Shown piece after piece: positions 9,500-18,128 of a stretch of DNA of 32,000 nt. Both the position numbers and the translations under genes were made by a program. The notes under the pieces are model-generated. The model saw nothing but the letters and a program-made list of their open reading frames with translations. It was not told the origin of the DNA and searched no databases. Where the stretch lies: assembly GCF_000284455.1 (NCBI RefSeq), contig NC_017039.1, positions 3,000,001-3,032,000 of the forward strand, read 5' to 3'. The DNA is from Synechocystis sp. PCC 6803 substr. PCC-P (lineage in GTDB: Bacteria; Cyanobacteriota; Cyanobacteriia; Cyanobacteriales; Microcystaceae). The stretch's first letter is position 1. Each line of letters opens with the position of its first letter.

Positions 9500-11956
9500 A
9501 TGGTAAGTTCAGTCGTCGAAAAAACCTCTGTAGCCCATAAAGAAACGGCTTTAATCCTCTGGTTTGAAGAGGTGGGCACCCATGATGTTGGTTTGGTAGG
9601 GGGTAAAAATTCTTCCCTGGGGGAAATGATTCAGCAGTTGACCAACAAAGGGGTGAATGTACCTTCTGGTTTTGCCACCACTGCCTATGCTTACCGCTAT
9701 TTTATCCAAGAGGCGGGTCTGGAACAAAAACTGCGAGATCTCTTTACAGATCTCGATGTGAATGACATGGCCAATCTCCAGGAGCGGGGTCATTTAGCTC
9801 GGCAATTAATCTTAGACACCCCCTTCCCCCAAAATTTACAAACGGCGATCGCCGAAGCCTATGGTGCCATGTGTGAACGCTATGGCCAAAAAATGGGTCG
9901 TACCGGGGTGGACGTGGCGGTGCGCTCCAGTGCTACAGCGGAGGATTTGCCAGAGGCTAGTTTTGCAGGACAACAGGAAACCTACCTTAATGTCCACAGC
10001 CTTTCCTGTGTGTTGGAATCTTGCCATAAATGCTTTGCTTCGTTATTCACTGACCGGGCTATTTCCTATCGCCATCACAATGGTTTTGACCATTTTGCGG
10101 TGGCCCTATCGGTGGGCGTACAAAAGATGGTGCGTTCTGATCTGGCCACCTCCGGGGTGATGTTTTCCATTGATACGGAAACGGGTTTCAAAAATGCCGC
10201 TCTGATTACTGCCGCCTATGGCCTAGGGGAAAATGTGGTGCAAGGGGCGGTTAACCCCGATGAATATTTTGTGTTTAAACCTACTTTGAAAGAGGGTTTT
10301 AAACCAATTCTGGAAAAACGTTTGGGTAGTAAAGCTATCAAAATGGTCTATGACGTGGGCGGTTCCAAACTGACCAAAAATGTGGAAGTAGCGGAGCCGG
10401 AACGGGAAAAATATTGCATTAATGATGAAGAAATTCTCCAATTAGCCCGCTGGGCCTGCATCATTGAAGACCATTATTCTGGGGTGCGGGGAGTTTATAC
10501 CCCCATGGATATTGAATGGGCTAAGGATGGGCAAACGGGGGAATTGTTCATTGTCCAAGCCCGCCCAGAAACGGTGCAGTCGCAAAAATCCGCCAATGTG
10601 ATTAAAACCTATGAGTTAAAAGATCACAGCCAAGTGTTAGCCACGGGCCGCAGTGTGGGGGCGGCGATCGGCCAGGGTAAAGCCCAGGTAATTCGCAATG
10701 TGTCCCAAATCAATCAGTTTCGTCCCGGCGAGGTGTTAATCACCAACCGCACTGACCCGGATTGGGAACCGATTATGAAACAGGCTTCGGCGATCGTCAC
10801 TAACCAGGGGGGGAAAACCTGCCACGCCGCAATTATTGCCCGGGAAATGGGTATTCCGGCGATTGTGGGTTGTGGAGATGCCACCGACACAATCAAAACC
10901 GGGGAAGATGTCACCATCTGTTGCTCCGAAGGGGATGAAGGTTCGGTTTACAGCGGCATTTTGAACTATGAAGTTCACGAAACGGAACTGTCCAATTTGC
11001 CCCGCACCAAGACTCAAATTTTGATGAATGTGGGTAACCCAGAACAGGCCTTTGGATTTGCTAGTTATCCCGCCGATGGCGTGGGTCTAGCCCGGTTGGA
11101 ATTTATCATTGCTAACCACATTAAGGCTCACCCCCTCGCCCTGATGAAATTTGATGAGTTGGAAGATCCCTTGGCCAAGGCAGAAATTGCCGAACTAACC
11201 AAACTCTATGCTGGCGATCGCCCCCGGTTCTTTGTGGACAAATTGGCCCATGGTATTGCCATGATTGCGGCGGCGTTCTATCCCAAACCTGTGGTGGTGC
11301 GGATGTCGGATTTTAAATCCAATGAATACGCTAACCTCCTGGGTGGTCGTCAGTTTGAGCCGAAGGAAGAAAACCCCATGATCGGTTGGCGGGGCGCTTC
11401 CCGTTACTACGATCCCAATTACCGAGAAGCCTACGCTTTGGAATGCCAAGCTCTGAAACGAGTGCGGGACGAAATGGGTTTAACCAACGTCATTCCCATG
11501 ATTCCCTTCTGTCGTACCCCCGATGAAGGTCGCAAAGTTATTGCGGAAATGGCTAAACATGGCTTGAAACAAGGGAAAAACGGCTTGGAAATCTACGTTA
11601 TGTGTGAATTGCCCAGTAACGTCATTCTGGCCGATGAATTTAGCGAGGTATTTGACGGCTTCTCCATTGGCTCCAATGATTTAACCCAATTAACTTTAGG
11701 TTTAGACCGGGATTCTTCCCTCGTTGCCCATCTGTTTGATGAACGCAATCTAGGGGTCAAACGGATGGTCAAAATGGCCATTGAAACGGCGAAAGCTAAC
11801 GGTCGCAAAATCGGTATCTGTGGCCAAGCCCCCTCGGATTATCCTGAGTTTGCTGAATTTTTAGTGGAATTGGGCATTGATTCCATTAGCTTAAACCCTG
11901 ATTCTGTGCTGAAAACTGTTCTACGCATTGCAGAGGTGGAAAAAGCCCTAGGCTAG
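9500..11956 (+). CDS. ppsA: Phosphoenolpyruvate synthase (pyruvate, water dikinase)
   Basis: 'GGKNSSLGEMIQQL', phosphohistidine-domain motif 'GGKTCHAAIIAREMGIPAIVG', C-terminal 'GSNDLTQLTLGLDRDSS', 'GICGQAPSDYPEF'. Confidence 0.97.
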   Translation: MVSSVVEKTSVAHKETALILWFEEVGTHDVGLVGGKNSSLGEMIQQLTNKGVNVPSGFATTAYAYRYFIQEAGLEQKLRDLFTDLDVNDMANLQERGHLARQLILDTPFPQNLQTAIAEAYGAMCERYGQKMGRTGVDVAVRSSATAEDLPEASFAGQQETYLNVHSLSCVLESCHKCFASLFTDRAISYRHHNGFDHFAVALSVGVQKMVRSDLATSGVMFSIDTETGFKNAALITAAYGLGENVVQGAVNPDEYFVFKPTLKEGFKPILEKRLGSKAIKMVYDVGGSKLTKNVEVAEPEREKYCINDEEILQLARWACIIEDHYSGVRGVYTPMDIEWAKDGQTGELFIVQARPETVQSQKSANVIKTYELKDHSQVLATGRSVGAAIGQGKAQVIRNVSQINQFRPGEVLITNRTDPDWEPIMKQASAIVTNQGGKTCHAAIIAREMGIPAIVGCGDATDTIKTGEDVTICCSEGDEGSVYSGILNYEVHETELSNLPRTKTQILMNVGNPEQAFGFASYPADGVGLARLEFIIANHIKAHPLALMKFDELEDPLAKAEIAELTKLYAGDRPRFFVDKLAHGIAMIAAAFYPKPVVVRMSDFKSNEYANLLGGRQFEPKEENPMIGWRGASRYYDPNYREAYALECQALKRVRDEMGLTNVIPMIPFCRTPDEGRKVIAEMAKHGLKQGKNGLEIYVMCELPSNVILADEFSEVFDGFSIGSNDLTQLTLGLDRDSSLVAHLFDERNLGVKRMVKMAIETAKANGRKIGICGQAPSDYPEFAEFLVELGIDSISLNPDSVLKTVLRIAEVEKALG

Positions 11957-12001
11957 GAAATGGTGTTTATTTTGCCGACTAAGGCTAAACCATAAATACA
12001 G

Positions 12002-12043
12002 CCCCTTCTTTCCCGCTGGTTCAATTCCAAGGGTAAGGAGGGG
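12002..12043. terminator. Possible stem-loop downstream of ppsA
   Basis: Arms CCCCTTCTTTCCC / GGGTAAGGAGGGG (13 bp, 2 mismatches, ~16-nt loop). No strong T-run follows on the + strand. Confidence 0.3.
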
Positions 12044-12217
12044 TTAAAATGCAGTCAATATTAAGAGTGGATGGTTCATTTTGGGCAAGGGTTAAAAACC
12101 TTTAAATTTTGGATGATTGCCAGGGCAAGTCTTTGACATCCCGCAGAGAAAATTATGGGAAGTAATGGCTACATCAGTTGATTCAAATCAGTTAAAGGGG
12201 CTTCGCCCGGCAAAACC

Positions 12218-14524
12218 ATGAGCGATCGCCACAAAACCAAAGCTCAATTACTCCAGGAAATGGAGAGGTTGAGGGCGGATTTAGCAGATATTCAACGCAT
12301 TGCTAAATTAGGCTTCTGGCGGTTTGACATTGCTTCCGGTGAGATCACCTGGTCAGCAGAAACTTACCAACTATTTGGTCTAGAGCCCCATCAATTTTCC
12401 CCTAGTTATGACTGGTTAGTCCAGACCATTCAGCCCGAATTTAGAGAACTGCACCAGAGTATTGCTGATAAGGTTATTGCCACCGGAAAAACCCAAACCA
12501 TAGAGTATGCAATAACTCGGGCCGATGCTTCTATGGGGTGGATTTGGGCCAGGATTGAAGCGATTATCGATGACCGGGGCCAAGTCAATGGATTGCAAGG
12601 GGTGGCCATGGACATCAGTGATCGCAAGATGGCCGAAATAGCCTTAAGGGAAAGCGAAGCCCGCTTTAGGAATTTGTTTGAGTCGAATATTGTCGGGATG
12701 TTTTTTGCTTCCAATCAAGGGGAAATTTTCGATGCCAACGACCGTTTCCTACAAATGATTGGTTTCACTAAAGAAGAATTGGACCTCGGGCTGGTGCACT
12801 GGGATAGGTTAACCCCCCCCGAATATGATCAAAAGGATCAAGAAATTATTGCCCGTTTGCGGAATCATGAAACCCCAGAGCCTTGGCAAAAGGAATATTA
12901 CCGCAAGGATGGTAGTCGCATTCCTGTGTTGGTCGGTGTTGCCAGCATAGATGTGGAGCTTGAATATACGGTCTGCATAGTGGTGGATATGACCGAACAG
13001 CAGAAAACCTTAGATCAGTGCCGATTAACGGAAGCAAAGCTGGCGGAACTCAATGCTCAGTTGGAGCAGCGTGTTTTAGAGCGGACCAAATCCCTCCAGG
13101 AAAATGAAGATCGTTTGAAGTTAGCGTTTAATGCGGCCAATATGGGCTATTGGGATTTGGATCTTCTAACTAATGGCATTGTGTGGTCAGAAAGCCTGGA
13201 GCAAATGATGGGACTTAAGCCGGGAAGCTTTGATGGCGACCTAGAAAAAGTTGCACAAATGATGCATCCCGATGATCGAGGCATTGTCTTGAAAGCTCTG
13301 GAACAAAGTATCCATAATGATGAACCCTATGATTTGGAGTTCCGGTTTATCAAACCCGATGGAACCCTGCGCTGGGCGGCAAGTCAAGCTACTGTGATTC
13401 GAGATCAGAACAATGTGCCCCTCCGTGTTATCGGTGTAGATGTGGACATTACCCGCCGTAAACAATTTGAGGAGGAACTACAAAAAGTCAATCAAGTCCT
13501 AGAGGAGCGCCTCGGTGAATTGAAACAGCGTAATGCTGAGATGTTAATTCTTTCGGGTATTACTGACTATCTCCAGTCTTGTTTTACGGTCAAAGATGCC
13601 TGCGGAGTGATTGCGGCCCTGGCTCAACCCCTATTTCCCGATTGCTGCGGGGGAATTTTTATTCTGTCTGCCCAGAATAATTGTCTAGAACGGGTCACTT
13701 TTTGGGGCAATCCGTTTTGCTCCGATGATGTGTTTACCCCCCTAGATTGTTGGGCTTTGCGACGGGGACGGTCCCATGGGGTGAAGCAGGGACAACATGC
13801 TTTGTTTTGCAATCATGTCAATGACCAACACTTACCACTGGCAAGTTTGTGTATTCCCCTCATTGCCCAGGGGGAAACTCTTGGCTTGCTGTTTCTTTGC
13901 ACTTTCAAAGGGGAAATTTTGCCCGACATACGGCAACAATTGGCAAAAACAGTGGCGGAACAGCTTGCCCTGGCGATCGCCAATTTGAAGTTACGGGAAC
14001 AACTGGAAGAACAAAGTCTGCGGGACCCACTGACCAAACTTTTCAACCGTCGTTATCTGGAACAACGCTTAAGCCAGGAACTGGCCAGGGCCAAACGTCA
14101 TCACTATTCAGTCGGTGTTTTGATGATTGACGTCGATCACTTTAAGCGCTTTAACGATTCCCTTGGTCATGACGCTGGCGATCGTATCTTGGCTTCCATT
14201 GGTACTCTGCTGAAAAATAATATCCGGACTTCCGATGTGGCCTGTCGTTATGGAGGTGAAGAGATAACTATAATTTTGCCTGATGCTACTCTGGAAGAGG
14301 CTTCCCAAAAAGCGGAATTTTTACGCCAGGCGATCGCCGAAATGAAAATAGAATACAGTGGAAAAATTGTGAATAGTGTCACCGCCTCTTTTGGGGTTGC
14401 TTGTTATCCCGATCACGGCGAAACGGGACAAGAAATTATACAAATAGCGGATAAAGCTTTGTATGATGCCAAACAAGCAGGCAGAAATCGGGTCATCGTC
14501 GCCCCCAAAGAGGTTTCCACTTAA
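12218..14524 (+). CDS. Multi-PAS / GAF / GGDEF diguanylate cyclase-type sensor
   Basis: Repeated PAS blocks ('ALRESEARFRNLFESNIVGMFFAS', 'LKLAFNAANMGYWDLD') and a GAF-like block 'LFPDCCGGIFILS'. GGDEF domain with 'DPLTKLFNRRYLEQRL', 'MIDVDHFKRFNDSLGHDAGD', 'RTSDVACRYGGEEI'. Confidence 0.92.
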   Translation: MSDRHKTKAQLLQEMERLRADLADIQRIAKLGFWRFDIASGEITWSAETYQLFGLEPHQFSPSYDWLVQTIQPEFRELHQSIADKVIATGKTQTIEYAITRADASMGWIWARIEAIIDDRGQVNGLQGVAMDISDRKMAEIALRESEARFRNLFESNIVGMFFASNQGEIFDANDRFLQMIGFTKEELDLGLVHWDRLTPPEYDQKDQEIIARLRNHETPEPWQKEYYRKDGSRIPVLVGVASIDVELEYTVCIVVDMTEQQKTLDQCRLTEAKLAELNAQLEQRVLERTKSLQENEDRLKLAFNAANMGYWDLDLLTNGIVWSESLEQMMGLKPGSFDGDLEKVAQMMHPDDRGIVLKALEQSIHNDEPYDLEFRFIKPDGTLRWAASQATVIRDQNNVPLRVIGVDVDITRRKQFEEELQKVNQVLEERLGELKQRNAEMLILSGITDYLQSCFTVKDACGVIAALAQPLFPDCCGGIFILSAQNNCLERVTFWGNPFCSDDVFTPLDCWALRRGRSHGVKQGQHALFCNHVNDQHLPLASLCIPLIAQGETLGLLFLCTFKGEILPDIRQQLAKTVAEQLALAIANLKLREQLEEQSLRDPLTKLFNRRYLEQRLSQELARAKRHHYSVGVLMIDVDHFKRFNDSLGHDAGDRILASIGTLLKNNIRTSDVACRYGGEEITIILPDATLEEASQKAEFLRQAIAEMKIEYSGKIVNSVTASFGVACYPDHGETGQEIIQIADKALYDAKQAGRNRVIVAPKEVST

Positions 14525-14570
14525 GTATTTATTCATTTGTGGCAGGATTTGACTATCATTCAAAAACACT

Positions 14571-14720
14571 GTAGGAAAGTGTTTGAAAAGTGCAAGGCTA
14601 GGTATTTATCTCCCTAAATCCCCACTTAACAAGGGAGACTTTTCTGACAGTTCCTCCCTTGGGCAGGGGAGTTAGGAGGGATTAAACAGCCAGAATTCAA
14701 CTTTCCAAACAGGCTCTAAG
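14571..14720. repeat. Dispersed cyanobacterial intergenic repeat-like segment
   Basis: 'CCCTAAATCCCCACTTAACAAGGGAGACTTTT...TTCCTCCCTTGGGCAGGGGAGTTAGGAGGGATTAA' resembles the C/G-run dispersed repeats common in cyanobacterial intergenes. Confidence 0.45.
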
Positions 14721-14832
14721 GGATAAATTTAGAGTAAATAAAGTCAGAAAAAATATTTTTGATTTGGTGGATAATTAGTCAAAATTTATACAGTTATTGA
14801 TGTAATAATTGGAACTATTATTGTTTTTCTTG

Positions 14833-14862
14833 TTGACTCACATTTCTCCACAACGCTATAAT
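14833..14862 (+). promoter_or_regulatory. Candidate sigma-70 type promoter upstream of arsM
   Basis: -35 TTGACT (14833-14838), 18-nt spacer, perfect -10 TATAAT (14857-14862). Implies a ~140-nt leader before the ATG at 15011. Confidence 0.5.
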
Positions 14863-15010
14863 CTGGGGGCAACTTTATTTTCTACTATCCATTTTAAAGA
14901 ATGGTTAGGAAAATTTTTTATTAAAATCTATTCAATCTAGAATAAAAAGGGTAATTTACCAATTCCAGCTCAATTATTGAATTATTAAATTTCTAAACAT
15001 TAACTTCACT

Positions 15011-15979
15011 ATGACCTATCTGCAAACCACCGCCGACTTTTACGCTGAAGTTGCCCAGACCCCAGAAGTGGGACTCTGTTGTGTTCAGAGTAGCCCTCTC
15101 CAACTGCCGGGGTTAGTGATTCCCGCTGTCATGCAGGAAATGAATTATGGCTGTGGTAGCACCGTCCATCCCAACGAGTTGGGTAATAAGTCTAAGGTGC
15201 TTTATGTCGGTGTTGGTGGTGGTCTGGAGGCATTGCAATTTGCCTATTTTTGCCGTCAGCCAGGGGCCGTGATCGCAGTGGATCCCGTGGAAGCCATGCG
15301 CCAGGCCGCCCAGCGAAATTTGCAGTTAGCCGCCGAAAAAAATGATTGGTTTAGTGTCGATTTTGTCGATATTCGTGCAGGGGATGCTTTTACTTTGCCG
15401 GTGCCGGACAACTCGGTAGATGTGGTGGCACAAAATTGCCTATTTAATATTTTTGAGCCGGAAGATTTATCCCGAGCTTTGAAGGAAGCTTATCGGGTTC
15501 TAAAACCCCATGGTCGGTTAATCATGAGTGATCCCATTGCTGCCCGGCCTATTCCCCAACATTTGCGTCAGGACGAACGGTTACGGGCCATGTGTTTATC
15601 CGGAGCATTAACCTATGCAGAATACATTCAACATTTAATTGATACTGGTTTTGGGCAAATAGAAATTCGCGCCCGCCGTCCCTATCGTTTGCTCGATTCT
15701 GTCACCTATAAACTGGATGAAAATTTATTATTAGAAAGTTTAGATTCCGTTTCTTTCAAAGTGCCTATTCCTAGTGATGGAGCCTGTGTTTTTACTGGCA
15801 AAACCGCTATTTATGCTGGTTCAGACCCCCTATTCGATGACCAAGCTGGCCATATTCTTCAGCAGGGAGTTCCTAGTGCGGTATGCGATAAAACAGCGTT
15901 GAACTTAGGTTCTACCTATCCAAACAAAATACTCATCACTGATTCAACTTGGTACTATGACGGTGGCGGCTGTTGTTGA
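15011..15979 (+). CDS. arsM: Arsenite S-adenosylmethyltransferase of the arsenosugar-biosynthesis type (ArsM-like)
   Basis: SAM methyltransferase motifs 'VLYVGVGGGLEALQFAYF' and 'VDVVAQNCLFNIFEPEDL'. Conserved Cys positions and C-terminal 'DGGGCC'; adjacent to an ArsS-like radical SAM gene. Confidence 0.85.
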   Translation: MTYLQTTADFYAEVAQTPEVGLCCVQSSPLQLPGLVIPAVMQEMNYGCGSTVHPNELGNKSKVLYVGVGGGLEALQFAYFCRQPGAVIAVDPVEAMRQAAQRNLQLAAEKNDWFSVDFVDIRAGDAFTLPVPDNSVDVVAQNCLFNIFEPEDLSRALKEAYRVLKPHGRLIMSDPIAARPIPQHLRQDERLRAMCLSGALTYAEYIQHLIDTGFGQIEIRARRPYRLLDSVTYKLDENLLLESLDSVSFKVPIPSDGACVFTGKTAIYAGSDPLFDDQAGHILQQGVPSAVCDKTALNLGSTYPNKILITDSTWYYDGGGCC

Positions 15980-16031
15980 TTTTAGTTTTGACCGGATATC
16001 AAATTATTCCTGCAGTTAATTTTTAAACAAA

Positions 16032-17042
16032 ATGGTTCAACAATTAGAACGTAGTCAGCAAAAATTAAAAATTACGCCCTTTGCAAAAAAGTTGGGTAGT
16101 CCCCTTGGTAAACAAACTATTTCTACCCTGCAAATCAATTTGGGTAAACGCTGTAATCTAGCCTGTAGCCATTGCCATGTGGAAGCTAGTCCCAAACGCA
16201 CTGAAGAAATATCACCGGAGGTTTGTGAACAACTAATTGCCATTATTCAAAAATTTCCCCAAATTAAAGTGGTAGATCTCACCGGGGGAGCACCGGAAAT
16301 GCTCTACGGCTTTAAGCCCCTGGTGGAAGCATCTAGGAAGATGAGAAAAGAAGTCATTGTCCGCTCTAATTTAACCATTTACTTTGAAATGGGATTTGGA
16401 GACATTCCCGCATATTGTGCCCAGCATCAGTTGAGAGTTGTGGCGTCATTGCCCTGTTACCTTGAAGATAATGTGGATAAAATGCGTGGCAACGGGGTTT
16501 ATGAAAAATCAATTAAAGCTCTTCAATGGTTGAATAATCTCGGCTATGGGAAGGATGCTAATCTAGTTCTAGATTTAGTTTATAACCCTCCTTTACTAAC
16601 CTCAGATAAATTTTCCCTCCCCCCTGCCCAGGAACCCCTTGAACAGGATTACAAAAAGTTCCTCAAAGAACATTTTGATATCAATTTTAATCACTTGCTA
16701 ACTATCACAAACTTACCCATTGGCCGGAGTAAATTTCATCTTGACAAGCATCAACTGCACCAAAAATATTTGACTTTCCTAGAAAGCAATTTTAATCCAG
16801 ATACGGTTAATAATCTAATGTGTCGTAATGAACTTTCCATTGACTATTTAGGTAACGTTTATGATTGTGATTTTAATCAAATGGAAAATATTCCTGCGGA
16901 AGATAAATCCAGCCATAAGTTAACCGTTGCTGATCTACTAAGAGCTGACAATTTAGACTTAATTCAGCAGGTTAAAACCGCCGATTATTGTTATGGTTGT
17001 ACCGCTGGTTCCGGCTCTAGTTGCGGAGGGGCATTAATTTGA
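16032..17042 (+). CDS. arsS: Radical SAM protein of the arsenosugar-biosynthesis ArsS type
   Basis: 'NLGKRCNLACSHCHVEASP' (CxxxCxxC), 'VVDLTGGAPEM', C-terminal 'DYCYGCTAGSGSSCGGAL'. Confidence 0.88.
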   Translation: MVQQLERSQQKLKITPFAKKLGSPLGKQTISTLQINLGKRCNLACSHCHVEASPKRTEEISPEVCEQLIAIIQKFPQIKVVDLTGGAPEMLYGFKPLVEASRKMRKEVIVRSNLTIYFEMGFGDIPAYCAQHQLRVVASLPCYLEDNVDKMRGNGVYEKSIKALQWLNNLGYGKDANLVLDLVYNPPLLTSDKFSLPPAQEPLEQDYKKFLKEHFDINFNHLLTITNLPIGRSKFHLDKHQLHQKYLTFLESNFNPDTVNNLMCRNELSIDYLGNVYDCDFNQMENIPAEDKSSHKLTVADLLRADNLDLIQQVKTADYCYGCTAGSGSSCGGALI

Positions 17043-17088
17043 TTTTGACTGATATTATTCCTGCTTTCCTCATACATTTACACTGCAA

Positions 17089-17718
17089 ATGGCCGATTAT
17101 CTACTAAATGCTCTGCAATGGATTGATGGCTTGGGAACTTGGGCGGCGATCGCCTTTATGTTGCTTTACACAGTGGCCACGGTAGTATTTTTGCCGGGTT
17201 CCATTTTGACCCTAGGCGCTGGGGTAGTGTTCGGGGTAATACTCGGTTCAATCTATGTTTTCATTGGGGCTACACTTGGGGCCACGGCCGCTTTTTTGGT
17301 GGGACGATATCTGGCCCGGGGCTGGGTTGCCAAGAAAATTGCCGGCAATCAGAAATTTAAAGCCATTGATGAAGCCGTGGGGAAAGAAGGCTTAAAAATT
17401 GTTATTTTAACCAGACTTTCTCCGGTTTTTCCTTTTAATTTATTGAATTATGCCTATGGCATCACCAATGTTTCCTTAAAGGATTATGTGATTGGTTCCC
17501 TGGGTATGATTCCCGGTACTATTATGTATGTTTACATTGGCTCTTTAGCTGGTAGTTTGGCCACCCTTGGAACGGCAACTAACCAAGCTAATCCGACTTT
17601 ACAATGGACAATCCGAATTGTTGGCTTTATCGCCACGGTTGCGGTGACTATCTACGTCACTAAAATTGCTAGGAAGGCTTTAAATGAAGCGATTTTAACA
17701 TCGGAAGTAGATGAATAA
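17089..17718 (+). CDS. TVP38/TMEM64 (SNARE-associated/DedA-like) family membrane protein
   Basis: 'TVVFLPGSILTLGAGVVFGVILGSIYVFIGATLGATAAFLVGRYLAR' and 'LTRLSPVFPFNLLNYAYGITNVSLKDYVIGSLGMIPGTIMYVYIGS'. Confidence 0.92.
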   Translation: MADYLLNALQWIDGLGTWAAIAFMLLYTVATVVFLPGSILTLGAGVVFGVILGSIYVFIGATLGATAAFLVGRYLARGWVAKKIAGNQKFKAIDEAVGKEGLKIVILTRLSPVFPFNLLNYAYGITNVSLKDYVIGSLGMIPGTIMYVYIGSLAGSLATLGTATNQANPTLQWTIRIVGFIATVAVTIYVTKIARKALNEAILTSEVDE

Positions 17719-17812
17719 AGACTTGGTTTTTAGAGAAAAATGTAGGGGAAGTGATTTTATTGCTTAGTTACGGTTTCCATAATAGGCTTTAGAGCCTGTT
17801 TTAGCAGCCCCC

Positions 17813-17836
17813 CTTCCCCCAAAATTTGGGGGGAAG
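17813..17836. terminator. GC-rich hairpin downstream of the TVP38-family gene
   Basis: CTTCCCCCAAAATTTGGGGGGAAG, near-palindromic. No clean T-tract, so it could be part of a dispersed repeat. Confidence 0.35.
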
Positions 17837-18128
17837 CTAAGTGAAAGTCCCCAGTATTTCCGGAGCTTTAATGAAGAGATTTAGAGGGCGGAATAAAACT
17901 TTCCAAACACGTTCTTATTGATCATAAAAACCTCGAATCATTAATTCCCTTTAACTTGCTACTATCAACTAATTGGTATATTACCAAGAATTTCAGGGAT
18001 GTTATTAATGGAGTAAAGGAGTTAAGGTTAATTTTATTTTCGTCCCACCACATAAACAACGCTATCGAAGACTTTCTACCGCACAATGGAAGGGTTAGGA
18101 ATGTGTTGATAAGATTCTTTTCACAATC

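Noticed and set aside
12018-12035. GGTTCAATTCC resembling a tRNA T-loop
   Set aside because: No acceptor, D-arm or anticodon arm could be placed around it, and the region fits a stem-loop downstream of ppsA better.
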